Shown here piece by piece: positions 8,595 through 16,918 of a stretch of DNA of 64,000 nucleotides (position 1 is the stretch's first letter; each line of letters begins with the position of its first letter). The notes below the pieces were generated by a model. That model saw nothing but the letters and a program-made list of their open reading frames with translations, made no database searches and was not told the origin of the DNA. Both the position numbers and the translations under genes were made by a program. The stretch is from an uncultured Oscillospiraceae bacterium (GTDB taxonomy: Bacteria; Bacillota; Clostridia; Oscillospirales; Oscillospiraceae). The stretch covers positions 2,470 through 66,469 of the forward strand of contig CANRIU010000006.1 in NCBI GenBank assembly GCA_947630755.1, in the 5' to 3' direction.

Positions 8595-10007
8595 ATGAAA
8601 AAATCTGTTTTCCGCATACTCTCACTGATCCTCGCCCTGGCGCTGGTCTTCTCTCTCGCCGCCTGCTCCAAGGAGGAGGACAGGGACGACGATGACGACG
8701 ACCGCCGCGGCGAGGACGGCAGCGTCCCCGGCGACGAGCTGTCCGACAGGCCGGACCCTGAGAAGGAGCCCGGCAGGTACCTCGACCTTGTCCGCGAGAA
8801 CCTTTTAAAGGAGCTCTCCGACCGCTACTCCGGCTCTCCCCTTGCGGCGGTGGCAAACTCCATCGAATCCAAGGGCACCCTCTCCGTCACCGGCACCATC
8901 AGCGAGGGCGGCGACACCCTTATCGTAAACGGCTCCCTGGGCTTCGACCTTGACGCCGGAGAGGCCATCATCGACGCCAGCATGAGCGTTGAGGGCGAGA
9001 CTCTGGGCGGCACCATCTACATAAGCCCCGACTTCTGGGGCGTCAGCATCCCCATCATCTTCGATAACTACACCTTCTACGGCGTGAAGCCCTACGACCT
9101 CTACGACCAGGCCGTAAACTCCGCTGTCTTCGGCTCCGAGATGGACGAGGAGACCGCCCAGACCCTCAAGGAGCTGGACCGGGCAATCGACATCCTCAAG
9201 GGCATCGACTTCGGCGACCACGGCGACGCCGTGAACGCCCAGGCCGAGCGCCTCGCCGGGATTTTTGAGGACATGGAGCTTGAGGTCAGCGGCGATAAGG
9301 ACGGTTACACCTTCACCGGAATGCTGGACAGCAACGACCTTGCCGACATCGTGGACGTGCTCACAAGCTCCCTCTTCTCCGACGACATGCTCTCCACTGT
9401 CGGCGACCTCTCCGAGGTCTTCGGCTCCGAATTTGACACCTCCTTCCTCGATGAGATGGAGGACGACATCGAGGCCATCCGCGCCTCCGGCGCCGCCTGC
9501 CAGATCGACCTTGTCACTGCCGACGACTGCCTCACCGAGATCATCGTGACACCCATCGGCGAGGACGTCGCCCCCGGCAACGTCTTTGAGATCAACTTCT
9601 TTGACGATGGCGCTGTCTCCTTCACCCTCGTTTCCAACGGCGAGGCGACCTCCGTCTCCAGCACCGCAAGCTCCCGGAACGGCTACACCCACACCATCAC
9701 CGTCTCAAGGCCGGATCAGGAAGACGTCTCCATCACCGCCGAGTATGACGACGGCGCCCTCACCCTCGACATGACAAGCGAGGGCGAGCACATCACCGCC
9801 ACGGCAGCTCTCGATGTCACCTCCGACGGCTTCACCCTCTCCGATATTTCCCTCTCCGCCGAGGGCGAGACTCTTGAACTGCCCCTCACCGTCTCCTACA
9901 CCTCCTCCGGCACCATCCCCGCCCCCTCCTCCCTCTCCAACATCTTCGAGATGGACGAGGAGGAGCTCTACGACTTCATAATGGCTATCGACAACTACCA
10001 GTATTGA
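8595..10007 (+). CDS. lipoprotein of unknown function (470 aa), paralog of 6975..8240
   Basis: Start moved to ATG 8595 (MKKSVFRILSLILALALVFSLAAC lipobox; GGGGG upstream). Acidic linker DRDDDDDDRRGEDG. Shares blocks with 6975..8240. Confidence 0.8.
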   Translation: MKKSVFRILSLILALALVFSLAACSKEEDRDDDDDDRRGEDGSVPGDELSDRPDPEKEPGRYLDLVRENLLKELSDRYSGSPLAAVANSIESKGTLSVTGTISEGGDTLIVNGSLGFDLDAGEAIIDASMSVEGETLGGTIYISPDFWGVSIPIIFDNYTFYGVKPYDLYDQAVNSAVFGSEMDEETAQTLKELDRAIDILKGIDFGDHGDAVNAQAERLAGIFEDMELEVSGDKDGYTFTGMLDSNDLADIVDVLTSSLFSDDMLSTVGDLSEVFGSEFDTSFLDEMEDDIEAIRASGAACQIDLVTADDCLTEIIVTPIGEDVAPGNVFEINFFDDGAVSFTLVSNGEATSVSSTASSRNGYTHTITVSRPDQEDVSITAEYDDGALTLDMTSEGEHITATAALDVTSDGFTLSDISLSAEGETLELPLTVSYTSSGTIPAPSSLSNIFEMDEEELYDFIMAIDNYQY

Positions 10008-10048
10008 GCGCCCCGAGCCTCACTCTTTTCCCGTAAAAAGTAAAAAAA

Positions 10049-10096
10049 GACCGCTGACCTTCACCGGAAACCCGGTGTGTCAGCGGTCTTTTTTTC
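10049..10096. terminator. bidirectional intrinsic terminator between convergent genes
   Basis: GACCGCTGAC...GTCAGCGGTC 10-bp stem, flanked by an A run (10042-10048) and a T run (10089-10096). Confidence 0.8.
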
Positions 10097-10114
10097 ATTT
10101 CTTCTCCCGATCGA

Positions 10115-10741
10115 TCATCTCACGAAATTCGTGTTGACTCTGGGCTCCGGCTCCGGGCAGGTGACGTTTGCGGCCCTGCCGAGCTCGATGCACTTTAAAA
10201 GCCACGCCATGTTGTGACCCAGAAGCCGCATTATCTGAAGCCCCTCCAGGTCCTGGGCGGCCTCGTCGGGCGTGTTCCCGTGGACCATGGGCCAGTACTG
10301 GCTCGTGGGTATGGGCATACCCGTTATGTAAAAATACTTGTTGAGCTGGTCGAGGGCGGCCGTGGTCCCTCCCCTTCTGGCGGAAACCACCCCAGCGCCG
10401 GGCTTGCCCCGAAGCTTTGCCCCGGCGGAGTAAAACACCCTGTCCATAAAGGATGTCATCCCCCCGCTCATGGATGCGTAGTGCACCGGGGAGCCGAAAA
10501 CAAAACCGTCACAGCCGTCGATCATGTCCACAAACTCGTCCACCCTGTCGCCGCCGAAAACGCACCTTCCGCCGTTCCTGCGGCACCCGCCGCAGCCTAT
10601 GCACCCGGCGATGGGCCTCGCACCTATCCAGAAGTGCTCCGTTAGGACGCCGTCCTCCCGAAGGGCCTTCTCCACCTCGCAAATGGCCGTGTATGTGCAG
10701 CCGTGCTCATGGGGACTTCCGTTGACAAGTAAGACCTTCAT
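10115..10741 (-). CDS. flavodoxin-like fold NAD(P)H-dependent FMN reductase / iron-sulfur flavoprotein
   Basis: MKVLLVNGSPHEHGCTYT... plus a Cys cluster GCIGCGGCRRNGGRCVF. Typical of clostridial iron-sulfur flavoproteins. Confidence 0.8.
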   Translation of the reverse strand: MKVLLVNGSPHEHGCTYTAICEVEKALREDGVLTEHFWIGARPIAGCIGCGGCRRNGGRCVFGGDRVDEFVDMIDGCDGFVFGSPVHYASMSGGMTSFMDRVFYSAGAKLRGKPGAGVVSARRGGTTAALDQLNKYFYITGMPIPTSQYWPMVHGNTPDEAAQDLEGLQIMRLLGHNMAWLLKCIELGRAANVTCPEPEPRVNTNFVR

Positions 10742-10778
10742 AAAATCACCTCAAATTGAAAATCGAATATTTCCGGGC

Positions 10779-11900
10779 TCAGCCCTCGAGCTCCGCCGCC
10801 GCGGCCTTCAATGTGTCCACAATGGGCAGGTGCTGGGGGCAGGCGCCCTCGCACTGACGGCACTGGATGCAGTCGGTGGCCCGGGGGTGGTCCTTGACGT
10901 GCTCGGCGTACTGCTCCTTCGCCCGGCTGCCCCAGGCCCGCAGCAGCTTCTCCTTTGCCCTCAGGTTGTACATCGCGAAAATATCCGGGATCTCTATCCC
11001 CTGCGGGCACCCCTCGGTGCAGTAGCGGCAGGCCGTGCAGGGCACCAGGGTGTAGTTATTGATTATATCCGCGCACTTAAATAGCTTCTCCCGCTGTCCA
11101 TCGGTGATGGGCCTGAAATCCCCCATGTACCCGGTGTTGTCAAGCATCTGCTCTAAATTGCTCATACCGGAGAGGACCACGAACACCTCAGGCAGCGTCG
11201 CGGCAAAGCGTATTGCCCAGGAGGCCAGTGACGCGCTGTCGTCCTCCGCCCTCAAAAGCTCCTCCGCCTCCTTCGGGAGGGTCGCCAGCGCCCCGCCCCG
11301 GACGGGCTCCATGACGATGACCTTCTTGCCGTGGCGCACCGCCGTCTCGTAGTTGAGCCTTGACTGCACCCGCTCGGACTCCCAGTCGAGGTAGTTCAGC
11401 TGGAGCTGAACAAACTCCACCTCCGGGTGGGCAGCCAGTATCTTCTCCAGGGCGTCGGCCTTGTCGTGGAAGGAAAAGCCTATGTGCCTTATCTTCCCCT
11501 CCTCCTTGAGCTTTCTCAAAAAGCCGAAGGAGTCGAACCGCTCCGCGATGGGGGTGTTGCCCTTTCCAAGATTATGCAGAAGGTAGTAGTCAAAGTACTC
11601 CACCCCGCACTTTTGCCTCTGCTCCTCAAATATCCGCTCCTGGTCGCCCTCCTCCTTGAGGAACATGGTGGGGAGCTTCGTGGTCAGGGTGAAGCTGTCC
11701 CTGGGGTGGCGCTTCACCAGCGCCTCGCGAATGGCGGTCTCGCTGCACCCCTCGTGGTACATATAGGCGGTATCAAAATATGTAAATCCGCGTTCGAGGA
11801 AAGTGTCCACCATCCGGCAAAGCTGCGGCATGTCGATGCTCTTCTGATCGTTCTGATCTGTCGTGGGAAGACGCATGAGACCGAAACCTAATTTTTTCAT
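10779..11900 (-). CDS. aldo/keto reductase with C-terminal 2x[4Fe-4S] ferredoxin-type domain
   Basis: MKKLGFGLMRLP...FDTAYMYHEGCSE (AKR N-terminus). C-terminal CTACRYCTEGCP and CIQCRQCEGACP motifs. Confidence 0.88.
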   Translation of the reverse strand: MKKLGFGLMRLPTTDQNDQKSIDMPQLCRMVDTFLERGFTYFDTAYMYHEGCSETAIREALVKRHPRDSFTLTTKLPTMFLKEEGDQERIFEEQRQKCGVEYFDYYLLHNLGKGNTPIAERFDSFGFLRKLKEEGKIRHIGFSFHDKADALEKILAAHPEVEFVQLQLNYLDWESERVQSRLNYETAVRHGKKVIVMEPVRGGALATLPKEAEELLRAEDDSASLASWAIRFAATLPEVFVVLSGMSNLEQMLDNTGYMGDFRPITDGQREKLFKCADIINNYTLVPCTACRYCTEGCPQGIEIPDIFAMYNLRAKEKLLRAWGSRAKEQYAEHVKDHPRATDCIQCRQCEGACPQHLPIVDTLKAAAAELEG

Positions 11901-12016
11901 ACTTTTTTATACCTCCACTATACTTTTACTATAAAGTATTATAATTTTCCCGTCAATAAAACGCAAGCTTTTACAAAAAAACAGGCAAGAAATACAAACT
12001 TTTTAAATTTTTCTAT

Positions 12017-12156
12017 AAAAGCCGCCTGCTTCCGGTTAAAAAATATTAAACTAATTTGATGTTTTTCAAAAAAGCCGACTGCTTCCGTTTAAAATATTTT
12101 AAACTAATTTGATGTTTTTCAAAAAAGCCGACTGCTTCCGTTTAAAAAATGTAAAC
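12017..12156. repeat. tandem direct repeat, 53-bp period, about 2.6 copies, in an A+T-rich spacer
   Basis: Units start at 12017, 12070 and 12123: AAAAGCCG(C/A)CTGCTTCCG(G/T)TTAAAA..ATATT..AAACTAATTTGATGTTTTTC. The third copy diverges after about 34 nt. Confidence 0.9.
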
Positions 12157-12184
12157 TTTTTTATGCATTTTCGGAAAAAAGTAC

Positions 12185-12213
12185 TTACATCCATTTAAAA
12201 AGTGTGTTATAAT
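12185..12213 (+). promoter_or_regulatory. Sigma-A type promoter with extended -10 (TTACAT - 17 nt - TGtTATAAT)
   Basis: TTACAT 12185-12190, TATAAT 12208-12213, TG at 12204-12205. About 78 nt upstream of the carD-like start. Confidence 0.5.
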
Positions 12214-12290
12214 ATGAATAAGTCGTAAAAGAATTACAATATTTGTTTATTTTATTGTCTTTATCTTATTGTATTTTGGGAGAGAAGCTT

Positions 12291-12818
12291 ATGTACGTTG
12301 CGGGAGATTATATAATTTACGCCGGAGAGGGTGTCTGCGTAGTGGAGGACGTGGGCTCGCCGAACGTATCCGGAGTAAACAAGGACAGACTTTATTACAC
12401 CCTGTCTCCTCTTTACCGCACAGGGCGGGTCTTTGCGCCTGTTGACACGAGAGTTTTCATGCGCCCTGTCATATCCCGGGAGGAGGCCATCGACCTCATC
12501 CGCTCTATTCCCGGAGTGTCGGGGGAGTTGTACGAAAATTCAAATCTCCGCTTTTTGACGGAGCACTACCAGCAGGCCATACAGTCATACAGCTGCGCGG
12601 GGCTGGTGAAGCTCATCAAGGACGTGTATTTAAAGCGCCAGCACGTCACATCCCAGGGCAAAAAGCTCGGGCAGATAGACGAGCGTTATATGAAGCGCGC
12701 GGAGGATATGCTCTACGGCGAGCTGGCCGTCGCCCTCGACATGGACAGGAGCGAGGTCGGACCATACATCAAAAACGCCATGGCTCGTATCGAGGCCGGA
12801 GAGGAATTCAACGGCTGA
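12291..12818 (+). CDS. CarD/CdnL-family RNA-polymerase-binding transcription regulator
   Basis: Start moved to ATG 12291 (GGGAGAG SD upstream). MYVAGDYIIYAGEGVCVVEDVG...LYYTLSPLY...VFAPVD is a CarD_CdnL_TRCF N-terminal domain. Confidence 0.85.
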   Translation: MYVAGDYIIYAGEGVCVVEDVGSPNVSGVNKDRLYYTLSPLYRTGRVFAPVDTRVFMRPVISREEAIDLIRSIPGVSGELYENSNLRFLTEHYQQAIQSYSCAGLVKLIKDVYLKRQHVTSQGKKLGQIDERYMKRAEDMLYGELAVALDMDRSEVGPYIKNAMARIEAGEEFNG

Positions 12819-12868
12819 GGCCTGGGCGTCCGGCCTTTTGACAAAGAATGTGCATTAAATAAATAAGT

Positions 12869-12906
12869 GAGGAGCGGGTCAGGGGCGGCCCGCTCCTCTT
12901 TATTTT
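12869..12906 (+). terminator. intrinsic terminator after the carD-like gene
   Basis: GAGGAGCGGG...CCCGCTCCTC 10-bp stem followed by TTTATTTT. Confidence 0.75.
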
Positions 12907-12984
12907 ACTTCAAACTCCGCTGACATTGTGAGCGCCCGGGGGCGGGGCGTTGTATCCACCTGGTGGTGGTCAAAACGCCCCCGC

Positions 12985-13746
12985 TCACCGGGTGAGCAGA
13001 TACCACCATATCGCCGGGGCCTCCCGGAGGTAGTAATTCATCTCCAGCATCGGCATTCCAGTGTCCGAACCCCGGGCAGTGACCTCCTCAAAGCCCGCGT
13101 CACGGGCCATAAGCCGGGCCCTCGCTATGTGATAGTCCGCTGTAATCACGCAGACGGAGCCGCACCCCGGGCTGCGCTCCTCGATAAGCGCCCTTGAAAA
13201 GCCAAGGTTCTCCTCGGTGCTGGTGGCCCGCTCCTCGAGGATGAGCCTGTCGGGGCTGACGCCGCGCTCAATTAGGTAGTCCGCCATGCACCTGGCCTCA
13301 GTTATATCCTCTCCCCGGCCCTGCCCGCCGGAGAGGACCAGAAGGGAGCCGGGGTTCTCGTTTGCGAATTTTAGCGCCGCCTCAAGCCGCGCTCTCAGCG
13401 ACCGGGAGGGCGTCGTGCCGTGGACTCCCGCGCCCAGGACAACGGCGTACTCCGGCGCCTCGGAAGCGCTGTGGGCTATGAGGACCTCCCGCACTACGAA
13501 AAACTCCGTTGCAACGACGGCAAGCAAAACGCAGACCACAAGCCCCGTGAGGCATCGGCGCATTATTTTTGCAGCTCTCTCGTGTCTATCCCGGAGAAGG
13601 CGCAGGGCCATATACGCGCCGATAAGCGCCGCCAGCGCCAGAAAGCAAAGCCCTAAAAAGCGGTAGCCCACAAGGGCAAAGGAAAAGAATGCAAAAAGGA
13701 CAACGCAAATCACGATTGCGGCAATATATCCTGCGTATTTTTTCAT
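12985..13746 (-). CDS. YdcF/ElyC-family (DUF218) membrane-anchored protein
   Basis: Start moved to MKKYAGYIAAIV (ATG 13746, ATGA overlap with the ABC-F stop). AVVLGAGV...LVLSGGQG...EARCMADYL...ILEERATSTEEN is the DUF218 signature. Confidence 0.85.
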   Translation of the reverse strand: MKKYAGYIAAIVICVVLFAFFSFALVGYRFLGLCFLALAALIGAYMALRLLRDRHERAAKIMRRCLTGLVVCVLLAVVATEFFVVREVLIAHSASEAPEYAVVLGAGVHGTTPSRSLRARLEAALKFANENPGSLLVLSGGQGRGEDITEARCMADYLIERGVSPDRLILEERATSTEENLGFSRALIEERSPGCGSVCVITADYHIARARLMARDAGFEEVTARGSDTGMPMLEMNYYLREAPAIWWYLLTR

Positions 13747-15614
13747 CCGGCGACCTCCTCCCACCTGGCGTACAGCTCCTCAAGCTCCCGGCTAAGCTCC
13801 TCATGCTGCGATGTCAGCTCCATGAGCCTTGAGTAGTCCGTGGCGGCGGCCTCCTGGGCGGCCTCATTTTCGGCTATTCTCGCCTCCATCGCGGCTATGT
13901 CCCGCTCCAGCTTCGCGGCCTGACGCTCCTTTGAAATTGCGGGGCGCTTTTCCGGCTTTTTGACCTTCTCCGCCCTGGCGGAGGCGGTCTGGGCGAGCTG
14001 GCGCTGGCGGTCGATATAGGCCCGGTACTCCTCGTAGCCCATTTTGTAGTCCCGGAGCTCCCCGCCGCCCATGGCCCAGATGCGGGTGGCGAAGCGGTTT
14101 ATGAAGTACCTGTCGTGGGAGACGAACAGCAGCGCCTCGGTGTAGTCAGAAAGGGCCTCCTCTATCCACTCCCGGCTTGCCACATCCAAATGGTTCGTGG
14201 GCTCGTCAAGGATGAGAAGATTAATGTCCGATTTCATCAGCATACACAGCTTAAGCCTGCTTCTCTCCCCGCCGGAGAGGGCGTCCACCGGGGTGAAAAC
14301 CTGCTCCCCCCGGAATAGGAACGCCGCCAGGCGGTCCCGGGCCTCCTGCTGGGAGCATTTGCCCTCGTACATCATGCACTCAAGGACGCTGAGAGAGTCG
14401 TCCTCAAAGGTCACGGTCTGGGGAAGGTACGCCGCCTTTACCGCGGGGCCAAGGCGAATGAAGCCGGAGTCCTGGGGCTCCTCACCCATTATCATCTTTA
14501 TAAGCGTGGACTTCCCCGCCCCGTTGTCGCCAATCAGGGCGATGGACTCGCCGGGCTCTATCAGAAGTTCCGTCTCAGAGAGGATGCGCTTCTCTCCGAA
14601 GGACTTTGTGATGCCCCGGGCGACGAGGACCTCGTCCCCGCGAAACTCCGCCTCGCCAAAGCGGGACTTCATCTTCGTCTCAGCCCTGGGGCGGTCGGTG
14701 GTGCGCATTTTCTCTATGCGCTTTTCTATTGAGAAGGCCCGCTTGTGGAGCTTGTCCGCGCCCATGAAGGCCCAGAGGTGCAGGTCGTCCGCCGCCCGCT
14801 GGAGCTGGGCGATCTTGGCCTCCTGCTTCTCATACTGGCGGAGGCGCTCCTCGTAGCGGCGCTGCTTCTCCTGAATGTAAAATGAATAGTTGCCGCTGTA
14901 AAACTCCGGCAGGCCGTCGACTATCTCGATTATCCGGCTGACGGTCCTGTCAAGAAAGTAGCGGTCGTGGGAGATGGCAAGGACGGTGCCCTTAAAGCGG
15001 TTTATATAGTCCTCAAGCCACTCCGAGGCGGACATATCGAGATGGTTCGTGGGCTCGTCAAGGAGGAGTATGTCAGTGTCCTCAAGTATGAGCCGGGCGA
15101 GATTGAGGCGTGTCCTCTCCCCGCCGGACAGCTCCTCATAGGGCTGCTCCCGCTGAAGACTTGGTATGCCCAGGCCGTTTGCCACGGTGTCCCGGAAGCG
15201 CTCCAGCTCCCAGCCTCCGAGGCGCTGAAACTCCGCAGAGAGGCGGTCGTACTCCGCCAGGGTCCCGGGGTCCGAGCGGCCCTCGGCCATCTCGGCAGCC
15301 AGCTCCTCCACCCGCTCGCTCATCCTGAAAATGCGCCTCTGGGCGGCCTTCAGGACGTCCTCCCCCGTCCAGCCCGCGGGGTAGACGGGTATTTGGCTCA
15401 GCACCCCCACGCGCTTGCCCGGGGGCGTGACCACCACGCCCTCGTCGCTGTCAAGCTCGCCGGAGATTATGCGAAAGAGCGTCGTCTTCCCGGCGCCGTT
15501 CCTGCCCAGGATGCCTATGTGCTCCCCGGCGGTGACGTCGAAGGTCACGCCCTTCAATATGTCGTTGCCCTTTTCAAAGGCAATTCTGATTTTCTGAACG
15601 GATAGATCGATCAT
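13743..15614 (-). CDS. ABC-F family ATPase, long Uup/YfmR-like type with C-terminal coiled coil (translation factor class)
   Basis: 623 aa with two NBDs and no TMD: GRNGAGKTTL / LSGGERTRLNLARL / LLLDEPTNHLD and GDNGAGKSTL / LSGGERSRLKLCML / LILDEPTNHLD. Lys/Glu/Ala-rich helical tail. Confidence 0.9.
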   Translation of the reverse strand: MIDLSVQKIRIAFEKGNDILKGVTFDVTAGEHIGILGRNGAGKTTLFRIISGELDSDEGVVVTPPGKRVGVLSQIPVYPAGWTGEDVLKAAQRRIFRMSERVEELAAEMAEGRSDPGTLAEYDRLSAEFQRLGGWELERFRDTVANGLGIPSLQREQPYEELSGGERTRLNLARLILEDTDILLLDEPTNHLDMSASEWLEDYINRFKGTVLAISHDRYFLDRTVSRIIEIVDGLPEFYSGNYSFYIQEKQRRYEERLRQYEKQEAKIAQLQRAADDLHLWAFMGADKLHKRAFSIEKRIEKMRTTDRPRAETKMKSRFGEAEFRGDEVLVARGITKSFGEKRILSETELLIEPGESIALIGDNGAGKSTLIKMIMGEEPQDSGFIRLGPAVKAAYLPQTVTFEDDSLSVLECMMYEGKCSQQEARDRLAAFLFRGEQVFTPVDALSGGERSRLKLCMLMKSDINLLILDEPTNHLDVASREWIEEALSDYTEALLFVSHDRYFINRFATRIWAMGGGELRDYKMGYEEYRAYIDRQRQLAQTASARAEKVKKPEKRPAISKERQAAKLERDIAAMEARIAENEAAQEAAATDYSRLMELTSQHEELSRELEELYARWEEVAG

Positions 15615-15637
15615 AATGGCTCCAATGGTAATTACAC

Positions 15638-15669
15638 GAAAAAAGGCCGTCCATCGGGCGGCCTTTTTA
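15638..15669 (-). terminator. intrinsic terminator / possible attenuator between the acidic ORF and the ABC-F gene
   Basis: The minus strand reads AAGGCCGCCCGATGGACGGCCTT followed by TTTTTTCG. The stem base lies about 15 nt after the stop at 15685 and the T tract ends about 23 nt before the ABC-F ATG. Confidence 0.7.
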
Positions 15670-15684
15670 TGAGTTGTCAGTTAA

Positions 15685-16197
15685 TTATTCCTCGGGCTCC
15701 AGGTCCTCGTCGTCGTACTCCTCGTAATCGTCGTCGGCGTCGTCATCATCGTCATCGTCGTCGGCGTCCTCCTCCGTGAGCTCAAGCTCCAGAGTCTCGC
15801 CGCACTCGGGGCACTGGATGACGCCCTGCTCCAGGTCGCCCTCCTCAAGCACAAGGGTCGCTCCGCAGGCGGGGCAGTCTACCTCATACTCGTAGTCCTC
15901 ATCCTCGTCCTCGTCCTCATCGTCGTGGTGATGATGGTGATGGTGGCAGCAGCACTCATCCTCGCCGTCCTCTTCCTCGTCGTAGATTATGCTCTCCACA
16001 AGCTCAAGGTCGTCGGAGACGGCGTCAAGGCCCTCGTCCAGCTCCTCGATGGAGTCCTCAAGCTCCTCCTGACCTAAGGCCAGGTCCTCAAGGACATCGG
16101 CGATGGCGGCAAGGATCTTGCCCTCGCCCTTCTCGGTGTCAAGCTCCATGCCCTCCATAAGGCCCTTGATGTAAGCTACTTTCTCGGCAGGTGTCAT
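15685..16197 (-). CDS. extremely acidic zinc-ribbon protein with internal CCC-His7 run (CD1247 N-terminal-domain-like, from memory)
   Basis: 170 aa. Hand count gives 74 Asp+Glu, 4 Lys, 0 Arg. ...DECCCHHHHHHHDDEDEDEDEDYEYEVDCPACG...QCPECG...EEDADDDDDDDDADDDYEEYDDEDLEPEE. Confidence 0.85.
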   Translation of the reverse strand: MTPAEKVAYIKGLMEGMELDTEKGEGKILAAIADVLEDLALGQEELEDSIEELDEGLDAVSDDLELVESIIYDEEEDGEDECCCHHHHHHHDDEDEDEDEDYEYEVDCPACGATLVLEEGDLEQGVIQCPECGETLELELTEEDADDDDDDDDADDDYEEYDDEDLEPEE

Positions 16198-16247
16198 TTT
16201 AAATCCTCCTTAATTAAGTCAAAAAGCGTAACTTAAAGGGGTGTATG

Positions 16248-16817
16248 TCAGCCCTTTGCGCGCTCGAGATACTCTCCGGTGCGGGTGTCGATGCGGATCC
16301 TGTCGCCAACATTGATAAAGAGGGGGACCTTGATCTCCGCTCCCGTCTCAAGGGTGGCGGGCTTTAAGGTGTTGGTGGCGGTGTTGCCGGCAAAGCCGGG
16401 GTCGGTGTCGGTGATCTCAAGCTCAACAAAGTTGGGGGGCTCCACGGCGAACACGTCGCCCTTGTAGCTGGAGATAACGCAGACCATGTTCTCCTTGACA
16501 AAGCGGAAGTTGCTGCCAAGCTTTGAGCCGCTGACGGGCTCCTGCTCATAGGTCTCGGGGTCCATGAAGTAGTAGAGGTCTCCGTCCTGATAGAGGTACT
16601 CGGCCTCCTTGCGCTCCACAAACGCCTCCTCAAACTTGGCGGTGGGGTTGAAGGAAGTCTCGGTCACGGCTCCGGTGATGAGGTTCTTCATCTTAGTGCG
16701 CACAAACGCCGCGCCCTTGCCGGGCTTGACGTGCTGGAATTCCACGACCACGACGGGTTTTCCCTCGTACTCAAAGGTCTTGCCGTTTCTGAAATCGCTG
16801 GCGGTTATTGTTGCCAT
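16248..16817 (-). CDS. efp: translation elongation factor P
   Basis: [49 protein letters not shown] is a canonical EF-P with the KPGKG loop. Confidence 0.97.
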   Translation of the reverse strand: MATITASDFRNGKTFEYEGKPVVVVEFQHVKPGKGAAFVRTKMKNLITGAVTETSFNPTAKFEEAFVERKEAEYLYQDGDLYYFMDPETYEQEPVSGSKLGSNFRFVKENMVCVISSYKGDVFAVEPPNFVELEITDTDPGFAGNTATNTLKPATLETGAEIKVPLFINVGDRIRIDTRTGEYLERAKG

Positions 16818-16918
16818 GTTTTTTATCCTCCCGTAGAGTATTGTCCCAAAAAAGAGATGAAATAAATCTAATATATTTTAACCCATATGCGCCCGGATTG
16901 CAAGATAAATTTGCAAAA

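Noticed and set aside
10115-11900. The flavoprotein + AKR-ferredoxin pair could be a novel redox module.
   Set aside because: Both are common stand-alone clostridial oxidoreductases. They are separated by 37 nt with no further specialised partners, and nothing in the sequence sets them apart.
12017-12156. The tandem repeats could be a small CRISPR array.
   Set aside because: The units are directly abutting (53-bp period, no unique spacers), A+T-rich and only 2.6 copies. No cas genes are present in the window.
15940-15960. The His7 run could be a cloning-vector His-tag contamination.
   Set aside because: It is internal to a 170-aa ORF, uses mixed CAC/CAT codons, is flanked by native polyacidic sequence and is preceded by CCC. 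There is no vector-like sequence around it.
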